Source of the DNA: Octopus sinensis
Taxonomy: Eukaryota
Reading direction: 5' to 3'
Assembly: GCF_006345805.1 (NCBI RefSeq)
Contig: NC_043002.1
Coordinates: 28,148,001 to 28,212,000 of the forward strand
DNA: 64,000 bases
The notes under the pieces are model-generated. The model was not told the origin of the DNA and searched no databases. It saw nothing but the letters and a program-made list of their open reading frames with translations. This document shows, piece by piece, positions 26,410 to 39,635 of this stretch (positions are counted from its first letter, which is position 1; every line of letters begins with the position of its first letter). Made by a program: the position numbers and the translations under genes.

Positions 26410-26550
26410 CTGGTACTTATTTAATCGACCCCGAAAGAATGAAAGGCAAAGTCAACCTCGGCAGAATTTGAACTTAGAACGTAGCGGCAAACAAAATACC
26501 GCTAAGCATTTCGCCCGGAGTGCCAACGATTCTGCCAGCAGCTCACCGAC
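26410..26550 (-). mobile_element. Meta/MESC-like SINE, family 3
   Basis: Plus strand reads CTGGTACTTATTTAATCGACCCCGAAAGAATGAAAGGC...GAATTTGAACTT. Confidence 0.8.
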
Positions 26551-26552
26551 CT

Positions 26553-27460
26553 TTTATTCTTTTACTTGTTTCAGTCATTTGACTGTGGCCATGCTGGAGC
26601 ACCACCTTTAGTTGAACAAAGCGACCCCAGGACATATTCTTTGTAAGCCTAGTACTTATTCTATCGGTCTCTTTTACTGAGCCGCAGATGTTACGGGGAT
26701 GTAAACACAGCAAAATTGGTTATGAAGTGATGGTAGGGGGACAAACACAGACACAAAAACAGACACACAACAGACACACACACGCATATTGTATATATAT
26801 AATATATATATATATATATTATTATATAATATATATATATATATATCTATATATATATAATATATAATATATATAATATAAATATATCTATAGGCGCAGG
26901 AGTGGCTGTGTGGTAAATAGTAGCTTGCTAACCAACCACATGGTTCCGGGTTCAGTCCCACTGCGTGGCATCTGGGCAAGTGTCTTTCTATAGCCCTGGG
27001 CCGATCAATGCCTTGTGAGTGGATTTGGTAGACGGAAACTGAAAGAAGCCTGTCGTATATATGTATATATGTATATATATGTGTGTGTATGTGTTGTGTG
27101 TCTGTGTTTGTCCCCCTAGCATTGCTGAAACCGATGCTGGGTGGTTTACGTCCCCGTCACTTAGCGGTTCGGCAAAAGAGACGACGATAGAATAAGTACT
27201 GGGCTTACAAAGAATAAGTCCCGGGGTCGATTTGCTCGAAAAAGGCGGTGCTCCAGCATGGCCGCAGTCAAATGACTGAAACAAGTAAAAGAGTAAAAGA
27301 GTAAAAGAGAGATATATACAACGAGCTTCTTTCATTTTCCGTCTACCAAATCCTTTTGTCGGCCCGAGGTTATAGTAGAAGACACTTGCCCAAAATGCTA
27401 CGCAATGGGACTGAACCCGAAACCATATGGTTGGGAAACAAGCTTCTTACCACACAGCCA
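26553..27460 (-). mobile_element. Older family 2 SINE split by a nested antiparallel copy
   Basis: Head at 27320-27460 and tail at 26553-26760, both on the minus strand. Confidence 0.75.
26893..27309 (+). mobile_element. CORE-like SINE, family 2, full-length young copy
   Basis: GGCGCAGGAGTGGCTGTGTGG head, GGTTCAGTCCC B-box, GGGCAAGTGTCTT core, internal (TA/TG)n and (GTAAAAGA)n tail. Highly similar to 35987-36380 and 51149-51571. Confidence 0.9.
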
Positions 27461-27550
27461 CTCTTATGTGTGTATGTATGTATGTATGTATGTGTGCGTG
27501 TATGCATGCATGTATATGAATATGCATATGTTTTTGTATGTATATATGTA

Positions 27551-27930
27551 TGATGATGAGGCCGTTCAACCGTGACCGAGGAAGACCGTCACTGATCATT
27601 CAGAACATTGTACTCTCAGACAAATGAATGCTTTACCCTTGTGACTTCACTGGTGAGTAATGAGCTCAGTTTTCACTAATACTCGACCGCAGATATTGCA
27701 GACTAAGCTTCCTCAGTCCCTACACTAGCGGTGCGTTTTCCAGGCGATCGCTTAATTTCTGCGTGTTTTTCCCCCAAATATCTACTTCATTGGTGGTAAC
27801 AAGCATAACTTCCTCATTGACCCCACATATTTCACATGTCTTCAACGAGGACTGGGCATAATCCTTAAATCCAAGTCTTCTTTTCTGTTGAATGTGCCTT
27901 CCACAAGCAAAGTCGCCAAATACCATCTAC
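27551..27930 (-). mobile_element. RTE LINE 3'-terminal fragment, second copy
   Basis: ORF 27720-27926 VFGDFACGRHIQQKRRLGFKDYAQSSLKTC resembles RTE LYGELxxGxR...RxKDxxKxSLK. Followed by CNICGRVLVKTELITH. Confidence 0.7.
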
Positions 27931-27943
27931 GTTGTGTGTGGAT

Positions 27944-28045
<102 letters not shown>

Positions 28046-28304
28046 TGTGTGTGTGTGTGTATATTAACTATCTGATGGTGCGATATGAACATTACGTGGT
28101 TTTTAGAGTCAAGGATTTGCCTGTTATTTCGGCAAGGTGGTGTCTCTCAGACACCCTTAATTTTAGTTGTAAAAAATTATTACCTTTGTATGGTATTTTT
28201 TTCCCATGCTGGCCATTTGATAATATCGATATTTAAACATCGATATTTAGATATCGATATTATCCTTATTTATAAATTTATATAAATGTGACCGCGTGTG
28301 TATG

Positions 28305-29215
28305 TGTGTGTGTGTATGAGTGTAATCGAGATACAGAGAGATATTGGACCGAGTTAGTTAAAAGATATAATTTGAGACTTCGTTCAATATTTTTTAATGA
28401 ATTTAAAGGTCGCTACTTTACAATCAGTGTAACCTTAGAATTGGTTTCTCCGTGAATAAAACAGAGGACGAGCAATGTCAATACCTAAGACTGATAAGAT
28501 ACAAAACAATACCAATTTCCTCTTTAGAAAGCGGTCTTTTCAGCTTTGTGATAAATGACTTGACCAAATACAATTTTATAGGTATTAAAGAAATAATGAA
28601 TACTTTTCAGGTGAATTGATAAGGTACTTTACCTTCAATGCTGATTTTAGATGACTTCGCGAAGATTTCGAAGATCAAGCGAAAGAGATTTCACTCTCAG
28701 CATTTAGCAGACGATATCTGCTGTTGAACGTTGCTGTCGTCTGCTCCAACTCCAAACTAGAAAAATCCGGTTGATTCTGGATGATTTCGGTTGAAACGCT
28801 GTTTGTAAATAACTGTGTGTGTGTGTGTGAGGGAGAGAGAGGGGAGGGTGAGAAAGAGAGAGAGAGGGGAAGGGAGGGAGAGAGAGAGAGAAACAGAGAG
28901 GAAGAATCTGAGTGAGTGTGTGAATGAATGAGTGAGGGAGAAAGAGATGGAAAGACAGAAGGGAGACGGGAGAGAAATAGTGATAGGTAAGTGAAGGGGA
29001 GAAAGACAGTGTAAAAGAGAATAAGTCGAAAACAGAAAAATAGAAAGGTATATAAAGAGGGAGGGAGAGATGAAGGAAGGAAAGAAGGAGAGGGAGAAAG
29101 AGAGAGAAAGATAGAGAGGGCGAGGAGACGTGAGCAAAAGGGTGATAGGAGAAAGACAGAGTAAAAGAATGTGTCGCAAACAGGAAAATAGAAAGGAGTG
29201 TCAATGATGAAGAGT
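28305..29215. repeat. Local duplication unit, copy 2
   Basis: Colinear with 25445-26385, with clustered 1-bp indels near 28400-28470. Confidence 0.9.
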
Positions 29216-29841
29216 CGGGGGAGGAGAGAGGAATAGAGATAGAGACAGAGAAAGGGAGATGGAGAGAAAGCAACAGAGAGAGGGAGAGAGAGAGAGAGAA
29301 GCAAAAAGGGACGAGGACGCGGAGGACGAAGACGTGGAGGAGGAGGACGGGGAGGAGGTGAAGGTTTGACTTAATCATAAAAATGTATGATATTATGGGG
29401 TCTGCCACTCATTGTTTTCTTTATGGATATAATTGTGTATTAACTGAAATAGCATTAATGTATATGTGTACGTAGTGTTTTATTTTAATGTTCGTACAGA
29501 ATTCAAGAAATATATCGGACTGAACCAATGAAAGTAAATCAAAGAAAAAACACAAAGGGAAAATAAAAGCAATAAAAAAGTAAAGCAAATATACTGGCTC
29601 TGCTTCTTATCCAAAGTGACCCACCGTTTTTAAGACGGCAGCGTGTGAAATGGAGGATGGTTTGGCTGTTATTTCTAGCAAGTTAAGCAGCTATGCAAAA
29701 ATGTTTCTCATTTGACTTAAATGTGTGTGTCTGTGTGTATGAGTGTGTGTGTGTGTGTGTGTACCCATACATACCTACAAACACTTGCACATAATTTCAT
29801 GTTAGTACATAAACATATACATACGTTACTTTTAGATATAT

Positions 29842-31890
29842 GATTGATTGATTGATTCTAGTTTCAGCTTATGAGCTGTGGCCATGCTGGGGCACCGCCA
29901 TTTGGTGTTGCTACTTGGTTTCACTTCATGGAGGCTTTCTAGCAACTGCTATTGGTTGCATGAGAGAGTTCGATGCAGCTGCCCTCATCTGCCCCTCCTG
30001 CCGTGAAGTTGGTTCATCTGGGACACCTGACAGGAAGAGATCCAGCTTCATTTTTAAAGACATCTGTATCCACCCCATGCAGGTCTCTCAGGATCTTCGG
30101 GAGGATATTGAAGAGCTGTGGGCCTCGGAAGCCCAGGCTATCACAGAATCTTGTCCTAATCTTGATGGCAGGTTTGGAGTCCTAGGCACCACGAAGTGGC
30201 GCCCAGTTCTGGCATTTGCGTAACTCTCGATGCCAAAGTTCAGGACACTTCCCTCCAGGATCTTCCAGATGTATATTATGGCATATCTTTCCGCCTACGC
30301 TCCAGGGAATATAATTTTAATCTCTGAGTCTTTCCCAGTAGCTTACATTCTGCATAGAGGCTATCTTCTTTGTGTAGCTTCGTTGGGTCGCCTCAAGTTC
30401 TGTGATCAACTTGACACTGGATGGTGACCATAGCTGAGAGCAATAGTCAAAGTGGCTTAGGACAAGTGTCTTCCAGGACCATCATGGTTCTTGTTCTCTT
30501 GTTCTAAAGGTTCTAAGATCCATCCAGCCAGCCGTCTACATTTCAGTGTCAGTTTAGCAACATGTACATGAAAGGTCGCGTCATCACTCATGTGAATACC
30601 CAGGTCACGCACTGATTGTGCCTCTGGGATTGCAATCCCTCCGGGTCCAGTGTATTCATTGGGTATTGCATTCAGTTTTGCATGCTGATAGTATAAAGCT
30701 TGAAACTTTCCAGCATTGACCGCATGCTATTCTTTTCAGCCCACTTGTATATTTCGTCCAGCTCACCATTGGCAGGTGTTTAGTGTCCTCAGGGTTCTGT
30801 ATTGCCTGTGAAACCTTTTGTATCATCTGCATAACTTGTGATCGTGGCTCTCTGCGTGGTTGAGGGCATGTCTGAGAGGGCCATTATGAACAGTAGTGGT
30901 CCCAGAACAGTGCCCTGCGGAACACCGCTCACTATTTGTGTGTAATGGAGGTGGCCCCATTGCTACTACCACCTGACTTCTATCCTTCAGAAAGTCATGA
31001 AGCCATTCTCCCAGTTTTCCAACTATGTTGAGATCACGCAGTTTGTGACATATCATTCCATGATCGACTTTATCAAAGGCCTTTGCAAAGTCGAGATATA
31101 TCACTTCACATTTGAGTGGTTGAGCAGCCGTTTCAGCACCCAGTCATAGTGTTGTAGGAGCTGAGTTAAACAGCTTCTCCCTGGTCGGAACCATGTTGGG
31201 TGTCGGGCAGCAAGTCATTCTCTTCAAGGAAGGTGGTCAGCTTCCTTCTGAATATTCGTTCCATGACCTTGCTGATGTGTGAGGTCAGAGAGATAGGTCT
31301 ATAGTTCTTGCTTCCGCTCTGCTACCTCCTTTATGAATGGGGCATATTTTACCTTCCTTCAGTTTTCCTGGAAGTTTGCCAGCTGCAAGGAAGCTCTGAA
31401 AGAGGAACTGCAGTGGTCTTGCTAGGACTCTCTTACATGCTTTTAGGAGGATTGCCGGGAATCCATCGGGGCCAGTAGCTGAGTCTGTTTTCATTTCATC
31501 TATAGCCTTGGTTACATCTTCTTCCTTTATATCGATGTAATCTATCGTCGCCGCCTCTGATTTTATATCTGCAGTGTTAAAAAGTCAGTTGGATTGGTGA
31601 TTTGGAGATGCCCAAGGGGTGGAGTGAAAACACTCTTGAATTGCTCATTCAGTATTTCACTTACCCTCATTGGTTTTCCTGTAAGTGTGCCATCCTTTTC
31701 GAGGAGTGGCCCTATTCTACAGTGCACTGTTGTAGCTGTTTCTTTGGCATACTGTAGAAAGCTCTGGGGTTAGATTTTATGTTTTCTATAGCCCAGGCTT
31801 CTCTGTCTGCTCTTTCTTTTTCATGGGAGAGTTGCAGACATTTTTCGATTTCCAACAGTTTTATTTTTAGGCGGGACTTTTCACTGCTTT
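29842..31890 (-). mobile_element. CR1/L2-group LINE, 5' truncated RT region with intact 3' tail
   Basis: SATGPDGFPAILLK, ICPIHKGG, IYLDFAKAFDKVDH, LERRRERY. Continues into a 3' UTR ending in (AATC)n. Confidence 0.9.
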
Positions 31891-32254
31891 CAATCTGTTA
31901 TATATTAATAAAATAGATGAGTGTATTTTTACCTTGTTAATAATTAACACGGAAAAAATAAATAAAAGGTTACCAGGCAGCAAAAAATCTCACAAGTAAG
32001 GGTGTTGTAACTCCTTGTTTATAAAGGTAGAAACTTCGTGTTTACGTTGAATATTTTTTCACTTTCTGAGGAGAAGATTGCATTTATATTTTGATAGTAT
32101 CAGTGGAATTTTCGAAACATGTGTCGAAAGTAAAAATATTGATTACACCTGCGTTAACTCCATTTTTTATTATATAATATATAAATATATTATATAATAA
32201 TATATATATATATCTATATATATAAGTCTACTACTGGGGTACTTATAAGTTGTA

Positions 32255-32599
32255 TGGTGGTGTGACTCCTTCGGTCAGACACTGACCATGGGTTTGCCAC
32301 CTAGAGAGTTACCCTCTGAGGCACAAGTCTGGGAAATGATTGTTTATGGAAGACCAGCAGTCGCCCATGCATACCGGCCTCCCCTCTCCACGTCACCGAT
32401 GTTGTCCAAGGGAAAGGCGAGGACCGATACAGCTTGGCACCTGTGACGTCGCAACTCATTTCTACAGCTGAGTGGACTGAAGCAACGTGAAATAAAGTGT
32501 CTTGCTCAAGAACACAACACGCAGCCCGGTCCGGGATTCGAGCTCACAACCTCATGATCGTAAGCTCGACGCTCTAACCACTGAGCCACGCGCCTTCAC
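32255..32599 (-). mobile_element. tRNA-derived SINE, family 4
   Basis: Minus strand reads GTGGCTCAGTGGTTAGAGCG (A-box), GAGCTCGAATCCC (B-box) and CTTGAGCAAGACACTT (CORE-like). Confidence 0.85.
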
Positions 32600-32803
32600 A
32601 AGTTGTATATATATATATATATATATACATATATATATTTTATTTAAAAGAAGCAGAAAATTCAACAAAGTTTCACGTTCCCTTCGTCGGACAGATTTTT
32701 TTAGAATATATATATATATATACACAATAGATAAATAAATAAAACATATGCATATATACATACATATATGTACATACTTACATCTATATGTATATATACA
32801 TGC

Positions 32804-32897
<94 letters not shown>

Positions 32898-33656
32898 TAC
32901 AGGACACCACAAATAAACGTAGAACGCAACGAGAAACGAAAACATAAAATCAAACAAGGAAACGGACTTTTTTTTAACAATGAAAAAACAGAGTACAGGA
33001 CAAACAATACAAGGAAAATTCCCCTTCATCAGCTGCCCCTAGTTCGACTCAATGCGTGTTTCGAAGGTATATATACACACACACACACACGTACAAAACA
33101 TTTTCTTTAGTTATCGTATGTCTCAACTTAACGTTTCTTGGTCGCGTGTATATGTGTGTATATGTGTGTGCGCGTGTGTGTGCCTGCGCGCGCGCGTGCA
33201 TGTGTTGTCTGTGTCGTGGACAGAATAACATATCTATATAATGACATCTGTTGTAAAGTCACTAACCTTCTACCACTCTGCTTTGATACATCAAACTCAC
33301 CTTTTTAACTCTTCCTGCCACCCCTTAACAAAGAGATAGACAAATACTTTGGACAACTTATCGAAAAGAGTAGCGCTCATACATTCTTAGGGTTCTTGAT
33401 AGTACAGGGGTAACATAACCCGTTAATACCACAAAATTTCATAAATCGTGGAAGCTTCGCTTTAGAGCTTCCAAAGATTTTTTGTTGGTCATCGTGAACT
33501 TGTCCGAAGTACTTAGATGACACCTCTTTGGTACTTGTCGCATGCCAGATGATTTCTGGATACTATTTCAGTTTTAAAATACGTCCCAAAGTTATACTTG
33601 GACGGTTTCATCAATGAAACATCTCTGTAAAAATTGTGGATCTTTATTCTGTAAAG

Positions 33657-35260
33657 CAGTGTTTCCCAGCCTATTTTTCCGGTACACCACTTTTTAATAT
33701 GGAATATAGAAACACAATTTTTAATTCAATTGCCTGGCTGACGGATACCTCGACTCATTTAGTGAGAACCTTGTGCCTGGTACATACGAGATAGATCCTT
33801 GATTTGAGGAGACAATTTCGTAAATAGTCACGCTTTGTAATTTCAAGCCGGTTTCGCTTGGCTTCCAGCAAATTGTCAACTACACTGAATTCACATTCGA
33901 CCAAATAAGACGAAGGAAAATGAGTCAATAGTTCTCTTGCTGATGTAGAGATCTTGGGGTATTTTCTTTCAACCTCGTCACATAGCCACATATTTGTACC
34001 TTTCAATTTAAACGAAGTTTTCCCTGATTCAGCATGTTGTAAGTCTGATAACACTTCTTGGTATTGAACTGCAGCATCTGAAACGTCAATCAGCAGTGGT
34101 TGAGTTAACCAAAAGGGAAAAATTCATTGCCTTCAAATCACAAAATCTATCGTTGAAGCCCTTTTTTAAGATATTCAAATGGTCAATAATTACAGTGGCA
34201 GCATCATTCGTTATCTCACATTTACTCAACCAGTACAACTGACTGAAATTTCTTTTGGAAACATTTTTTTTGGCATATTTCGAAGGTTGTAATGAATCCA
34301 AACATATTTACTTTCGCATCAACATTTTGGAATTGTTTCTTCAAGTTTCCAAGTTTCTCAAAGATGTCAAATAACTGACAAACGCTTTTCCATCCGTTGT
34401 TGACAGCATTTCCATTTCACACTTATCACCGAGAAAGTCGTTAAGCTGATCAAATAACTCCATGAACCTTTTTCGGCTGTTTCCATTTGATAGCCACCTT
34501 ACTTCTGTATGAAGCAATAATCAAACATGCTCGACACTTTGATTTGCGCAAAACTGCTTAAAAAGACGTTCGGCTTTGGGATTTGCTTTAATGGTATTGA
34601 CACACTTGATCACAGCTCGTAAGAACAGGGGACAGTTTCTTGGCAACCAAGTTTTCTCGGTGTATGACGCAATGGACAATCGACATGTTTGGATTTTCAT
34701 CCATCATCATTTCTAAGCATCCCGTTTTCTTGCCCATCATACCAGGTGCACTGTCTGCCGCACATGACAGTAATTTTGCTTTCGGAATTTTGTTTCCATC
34801 CAAGTAATGTTTAAGCTTCCTGGGGATACCCTTTGCAGTTATGGTTGTTTCCAATGATTTGCGAAATATCTCTTCATGAAAAGCATCGTGCTCAATATAT
34901 CTCACAAAAGTCAATAACAAGGCCTCACTGTCCCGGAATGCGGATTCATCCATTTGTAATGAGAATTTTCGTGATATTAATGTATCAAGAAACTGGTTTT
35001 CAACATCTTGCCCCATTTCATCAATTCTGCTGGATACAGTGTTATTACTGAGTAGCATGGCTCTGACATCTCTATCATCTTTCTGTTGTACAGTTTTTAA
35101 GAATATAGAGATAGCTGATTTAATTAGTTGCTCTCCGATAGTGTGATTCTTTCCATGTTTTGCTATAAGCAGGGAGATTTCGTAGCTGGCTTCGAGGGCA
35201 GTTTAACAGACACGACGTAGCGAGTAAAGTTATTGCTTCGAGCTATTTAGTAAAACCTGC
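33657..35260 (-). mobile_element. hAT Buster/Charlie-type DNA transposon, decayed, one terminus present
   Basis: LSNNTVSSRIDEM, FSLQMDES, IVHCVIHRENL, FPSSYLVECEFS. Terminus CAGTGTTTCCC at 33657 is preceded by CTGTAAAG (nnnTAnnn). Confidence 0.9.
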
Positions 35261-35574
35261 TTAGGAGAATTAAGAGAAAAATCCAGAATTCGAAACCATG
35301 ATACAGGTATTACCTCATTCTGCGGCTATTAGTCGAGTTAGTAAGTTAATTTCTGTGCTCGTTGTTCTGTTATATTTTCAGTGAGATAGTGGCTTATTTG
35401 AGGATTTTTATTTCTAACAAGCCGGTAATTCGTGTACCTCCCATCTCTCTCTCTCTCTATATATATATATACATATACATACATATCTGCACACATACAC
35501 ACACGCGCGTACATTCATATATGCATATATACATACACATATGCAATGTACATATATAATATACATATATACAT

Positions 35575-35799
35575 ATACATGTTCTTTTATTCTTTTATTT
35601 GTTTCAGTCATTTGACTGTGGCCATGGTGAAGCACCGCCCTGAAGAATTTTAGTCGAAAAAATCGATGCCAAGACTTATTTTTTAAGCCTAGTACTAATT
35701 TTTTGCTGCACTGCGAAGTTTCGAGGACGTAACCACACTAACCCCGGTTGTCAAGCCGTTATGGGGTGACAAAAACAGGCACAAAGATACGCACGCACA

Positions 35800-35852
<53 letters not shown>

Positions 35853-35929
35853 ACACAAGATGGTAAGATCAACGGTAAAAGCATTCTATCTGATAAGAGA
35901 TAAATATTATTCAATAAACACACACCCAT

Positions 35930-35985
<56 letters not shown>

Positions 35986-36379
35986 TGAGTGGCTGTGTGG
36001 TAAGTAGCTTGCTAACCAACGTCATGGTTCCGGGTTCAGTCCCACTGCGTGGCATCTTGGGCAAGTGTCTTCTGCTATAGCCCCAGGCCGACCAATGCCT
36101 TGTGAGTGGATTTGGTAGACAGAAACTGAAAGAATCCTGTCATATATATGTATATATATATATATGTGTGTATGTATGTGTGTGTGTGTCTGTGTTTGTC
36201 CCTAGCATTGCTTGACAACCGATGCTGGTGTGTTTACGTCCCCGTCACCTAGCGGTTCGGCAAAAGAGACCGATAGAATAAGTACTGGGCTTACAAAGAA
36301 TAAGTCCCGGGGTCGATTTGCTCAACTAAAGGCGGTGCTCCAGCATGGCCGCAGTCAAATGACTGAAACAAGTAAAAGA

Positions 36380-36435
<56 letters not shown>

Positions 36436-36920
36436 CATAAGGGACTAAAGCCATCTGAATATGGCTAGGGACAGGGCAGGGTGGTGGGGGTGTTACTGTT
36501 GCATTTAGCCCAAGGCGAACATCAACGTCGCCAGATAGGCTTGACACCATCACGGCGTCCTCTATCCTGCAAAGGGAGATAATTCCCCGATGAAGCGGAA
36601 ACCACACAGCCGATCCTTTGCTGTAATTATGTATATAATTATAAAATATTTTGTAAAATTTACCTATAACGCTTTTATATCCGAACTGACTAGACTACTT
36701 GGAAAAATTATTATTGATTTTACCCTTTTATTATAATTAATATTTGAATATATATATATATATATACGACGGGATTCTTTCAGTTTCCGTCTACCAAATC
36801 CACTCACAAGGCTTTGGTCGGTCCGAGGCTATAGAAGACACTTGTCCAAGGTGCCACTCAGTGGGACTGAATTCAGAACCATGTGGTTGGGGGCAAGTTT
36901 CTTACCACACAGCAACGCCT
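35575..36920 (-). mobile_element. Older family 2 SINE split by nested insertions
   Basis: Minus-strand head at 36765-36920 and tail at 35575-35780. Confidence 0.7.
35987..36380 (+). mobile_element. CORE-like SINE, family 2, near full-length
   Basis: Colinear with 26893-27309. Confidence 0.9.
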
Positions 36921-36947
36921 GATTTTCGTAAACCTTCCCATATATAT

Positions 36948-36996
<49 letters not shown>

Positions 36997-37009
36997 TATA
37001 TATATAATA

Positions 37010-37042
<33 letters not shown>

Positions 37043-39399
37043 ATGTATATATGTATATACTTATGAATGTATGCATGTATGTATATGTATATATGTATTA
37101 CACACACACACACACACACGCACACACATTCGCACGCACAGACACACACACACACACAGACAAACATACCTGCACACACATTCATTTCCCGACACGCAAA
37201 CATATAATGTGTTTACTGTTACCTTCCTAAACAAAAAAATATACTCACATACACTTCTATAGGCACACTCTCAGACATGTACATAACAGCACTGTTACAT
37301 ATAGATACATACGCCCTCGGTTTGGTTATAACATATGAAGATATGAAAATAATCCTCTATAAACAGATTCATATATTTTCGAATTTATCAGAAGACATTA
37401 GATAACAATTGAAGAAGTATGGTAAATGGGGTTCTGTGTTGGTAGGGCGCCTGCGTGGTCGAGTGTTTGTTGTGGTCGGGTAGATATGAGTGTGGTGGAT
37501 AGCTGGAAGAGTGTGTAGGTAAGGGTGGAGATAGGCGTTATTAAAAGCTTTAATAGATTAATTGAATGTTCGAGGAAAAATTTATCTGGAGCGAGAGAAA
37601 CCAAATATTTAAAACTTTCCTAATGAAATTATTAACGTAGATAAGAGAAGAGAATGACGTTGGTGTTGTTGTTGTTATTGTTGTTGATGTTGTTGTTGGT
37701 ATTGCTATTGTTGTTTTTTTTTTCATTGTTGTCATTCTAGTAATTTTTGTTGTTGTTGTTGCTATTGCCATTTATGTGTTGTTGGTATCGTTTGTGTTGT
37801 TAATGTCGTTGTTGCTATTGTTGACGTTGCCGATGTCGGCAATATTGTTAGTTGTTGATGATGATGATGGTGATGATGGTGGCGGTATTGGGGCTGTTAT
37901 TGTTGAGTATTTTTTAGTTATTGTTGTTTATAGTGATGATGGTGGTGCTAGAGGCGTGTTGCTGCTGTCATCGTTATTGTTGCTAATGCAGTGCTTGTTG
38001 TAATACTTCATGATGTAATTATTTTCCTTATGAATCTAATTATATAATTGTGGTCGTATTGTTATTAACAATGTTTATGTCGTTGCTCTCATTCATGTTT
38101 TGTAGTAGTAGTAGTAGTAGTAGTAGTAGGAGGAGGAGGAGGAGGGGGAGGAGGAGCCACTGCAATAGTAGCTGTTGTTTTTCGTTTCATCGCAGTCAAG
38201 ATTCATATACACACACACATAAAATGTGCACACACGCCTATATGCATGCACACACACACACACACACACACAACACACACACACACAGACACACACACAC
38301 ACGCACACACACACACACACACACTCACGCACAGATTTTGAATCTATATATATATATTAAATACTTCGATACATCATCAGCCTTGTGCCTTAGAATTAAA
38401 GGCTGTTTCGGGTCTTATAGCATACACTCTCATTATAGCATCCCGACAGACACTGAACAAGTTTCGATTCTGTCCAACAGGAATTTCATGCTATAGTTCA
38501 CCGCATTTTATCCAGAACCCTCTAGATAGTTCTCTGCAGTTCGTCATGGCTCTTATTTATCTATAATTCTGACTGTTACCTCGGTCTTCCAAAAAGTATC
38601 TGGGTGCTACAGAAATACTAACGTATATATCTGCACATTTACATGAATACATACATACATATACATATATATATATGTATGCATATATACGTGTGTGTAT
38701 CTTAGTGCAGGTATGTGCATATATGTATATATATACACACACATGTCTGTATTTTTGTGGGGGAGTATGTGTGTGTACCTCTGTGAGTGCACCTCTGTGT
38801 GTGCGAACGCGTATATAATGTGAAATAACCATTAAAAAGATCTATATCTGAATATAATGCCTGAAGAGTATGGAGTTAATAAAAAGTTCGAGAGGTTGAA
38901 ATGTGTGTTAAGTGTTTCAACACCTCGGACTTTAGCCTACACACACAAACGCACACACATACATAAACATTCACACACCGACAGAGATATACATATATAT
39001 ACGCACACACACCCATATATATGTATTGATAAATTTATAATTAATTATTAATTCATGAATTTGCCTTTTTGGATTTAATGCTTGTTATTATCTATTAATA
39101 ATAATTATATTTAATGCTTGTTATTATTTATTAATAATAATTATAATATATTTATTGATAGTCGATAGTCGTAATTAGTTGTTTTCACTCTACAGTATTC
39201 TTTCCACACATTTCCTGCGGATTTTTCCGCTAATATTCCATGTAGATCAACGCCTACAAGAAATACATTAAAAGAGAGGAGGTTCCAGAGCGCTGATATT
39301 CAGGCCAAGAGAACGCTGGGCACAATATTTAATGTGAGCCCGAGGGCTTTGAACTCACAAACAGTTGGAAAGATGAATTGACCATCAGGGATTTAATAT

Positions 39400-39635
39400 C
39401 TATTTCTTTACTACCCACAAGGGGCTAAACACAGAGAGGACAAACAAGGACAGACAAACGGATTAAGTCGATAATATCGACCCCAGTGCGTAACTGGTAC
39501 TTAAATTATCGACCCCGAAAGGATGAAAGGCAAAGTCGACCTCGGCGGAATTTGAACTCAGAACGTAACGGCAGACGAAATACGGCTACGCATTTCACCC
39601 GGCGTGCTAACGTTTCTGCCAGCTCGCCGCCTTTT
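39400..39635 (-). mobile_element. Meta/MESC-like SINE, family 3, full-length with 15-bp TSD
   Basis: TCAGGGATTTAATAT at 39385-39399 and 39636-39650. B-box GAGTTCAAATTCC and GCCTTTCATCCTTTCGGGGTCGATAA domain. Confidence 0.9.

Noticed and set aside
38365-38415. CTGATGA and GAAAC on the minus strand
   Set aside because: Wrong order for type I, and no stem I or cleavage triplet closes. It overlaps a SINE-tail-like AAGGCACAAGGC.
38855-38935. CTGAAGA followed by an imperfect inverted repeat of about 19 bp
   Set aside because: No stem II pairing next to GAAA. The hairpin alone is unremarkable.
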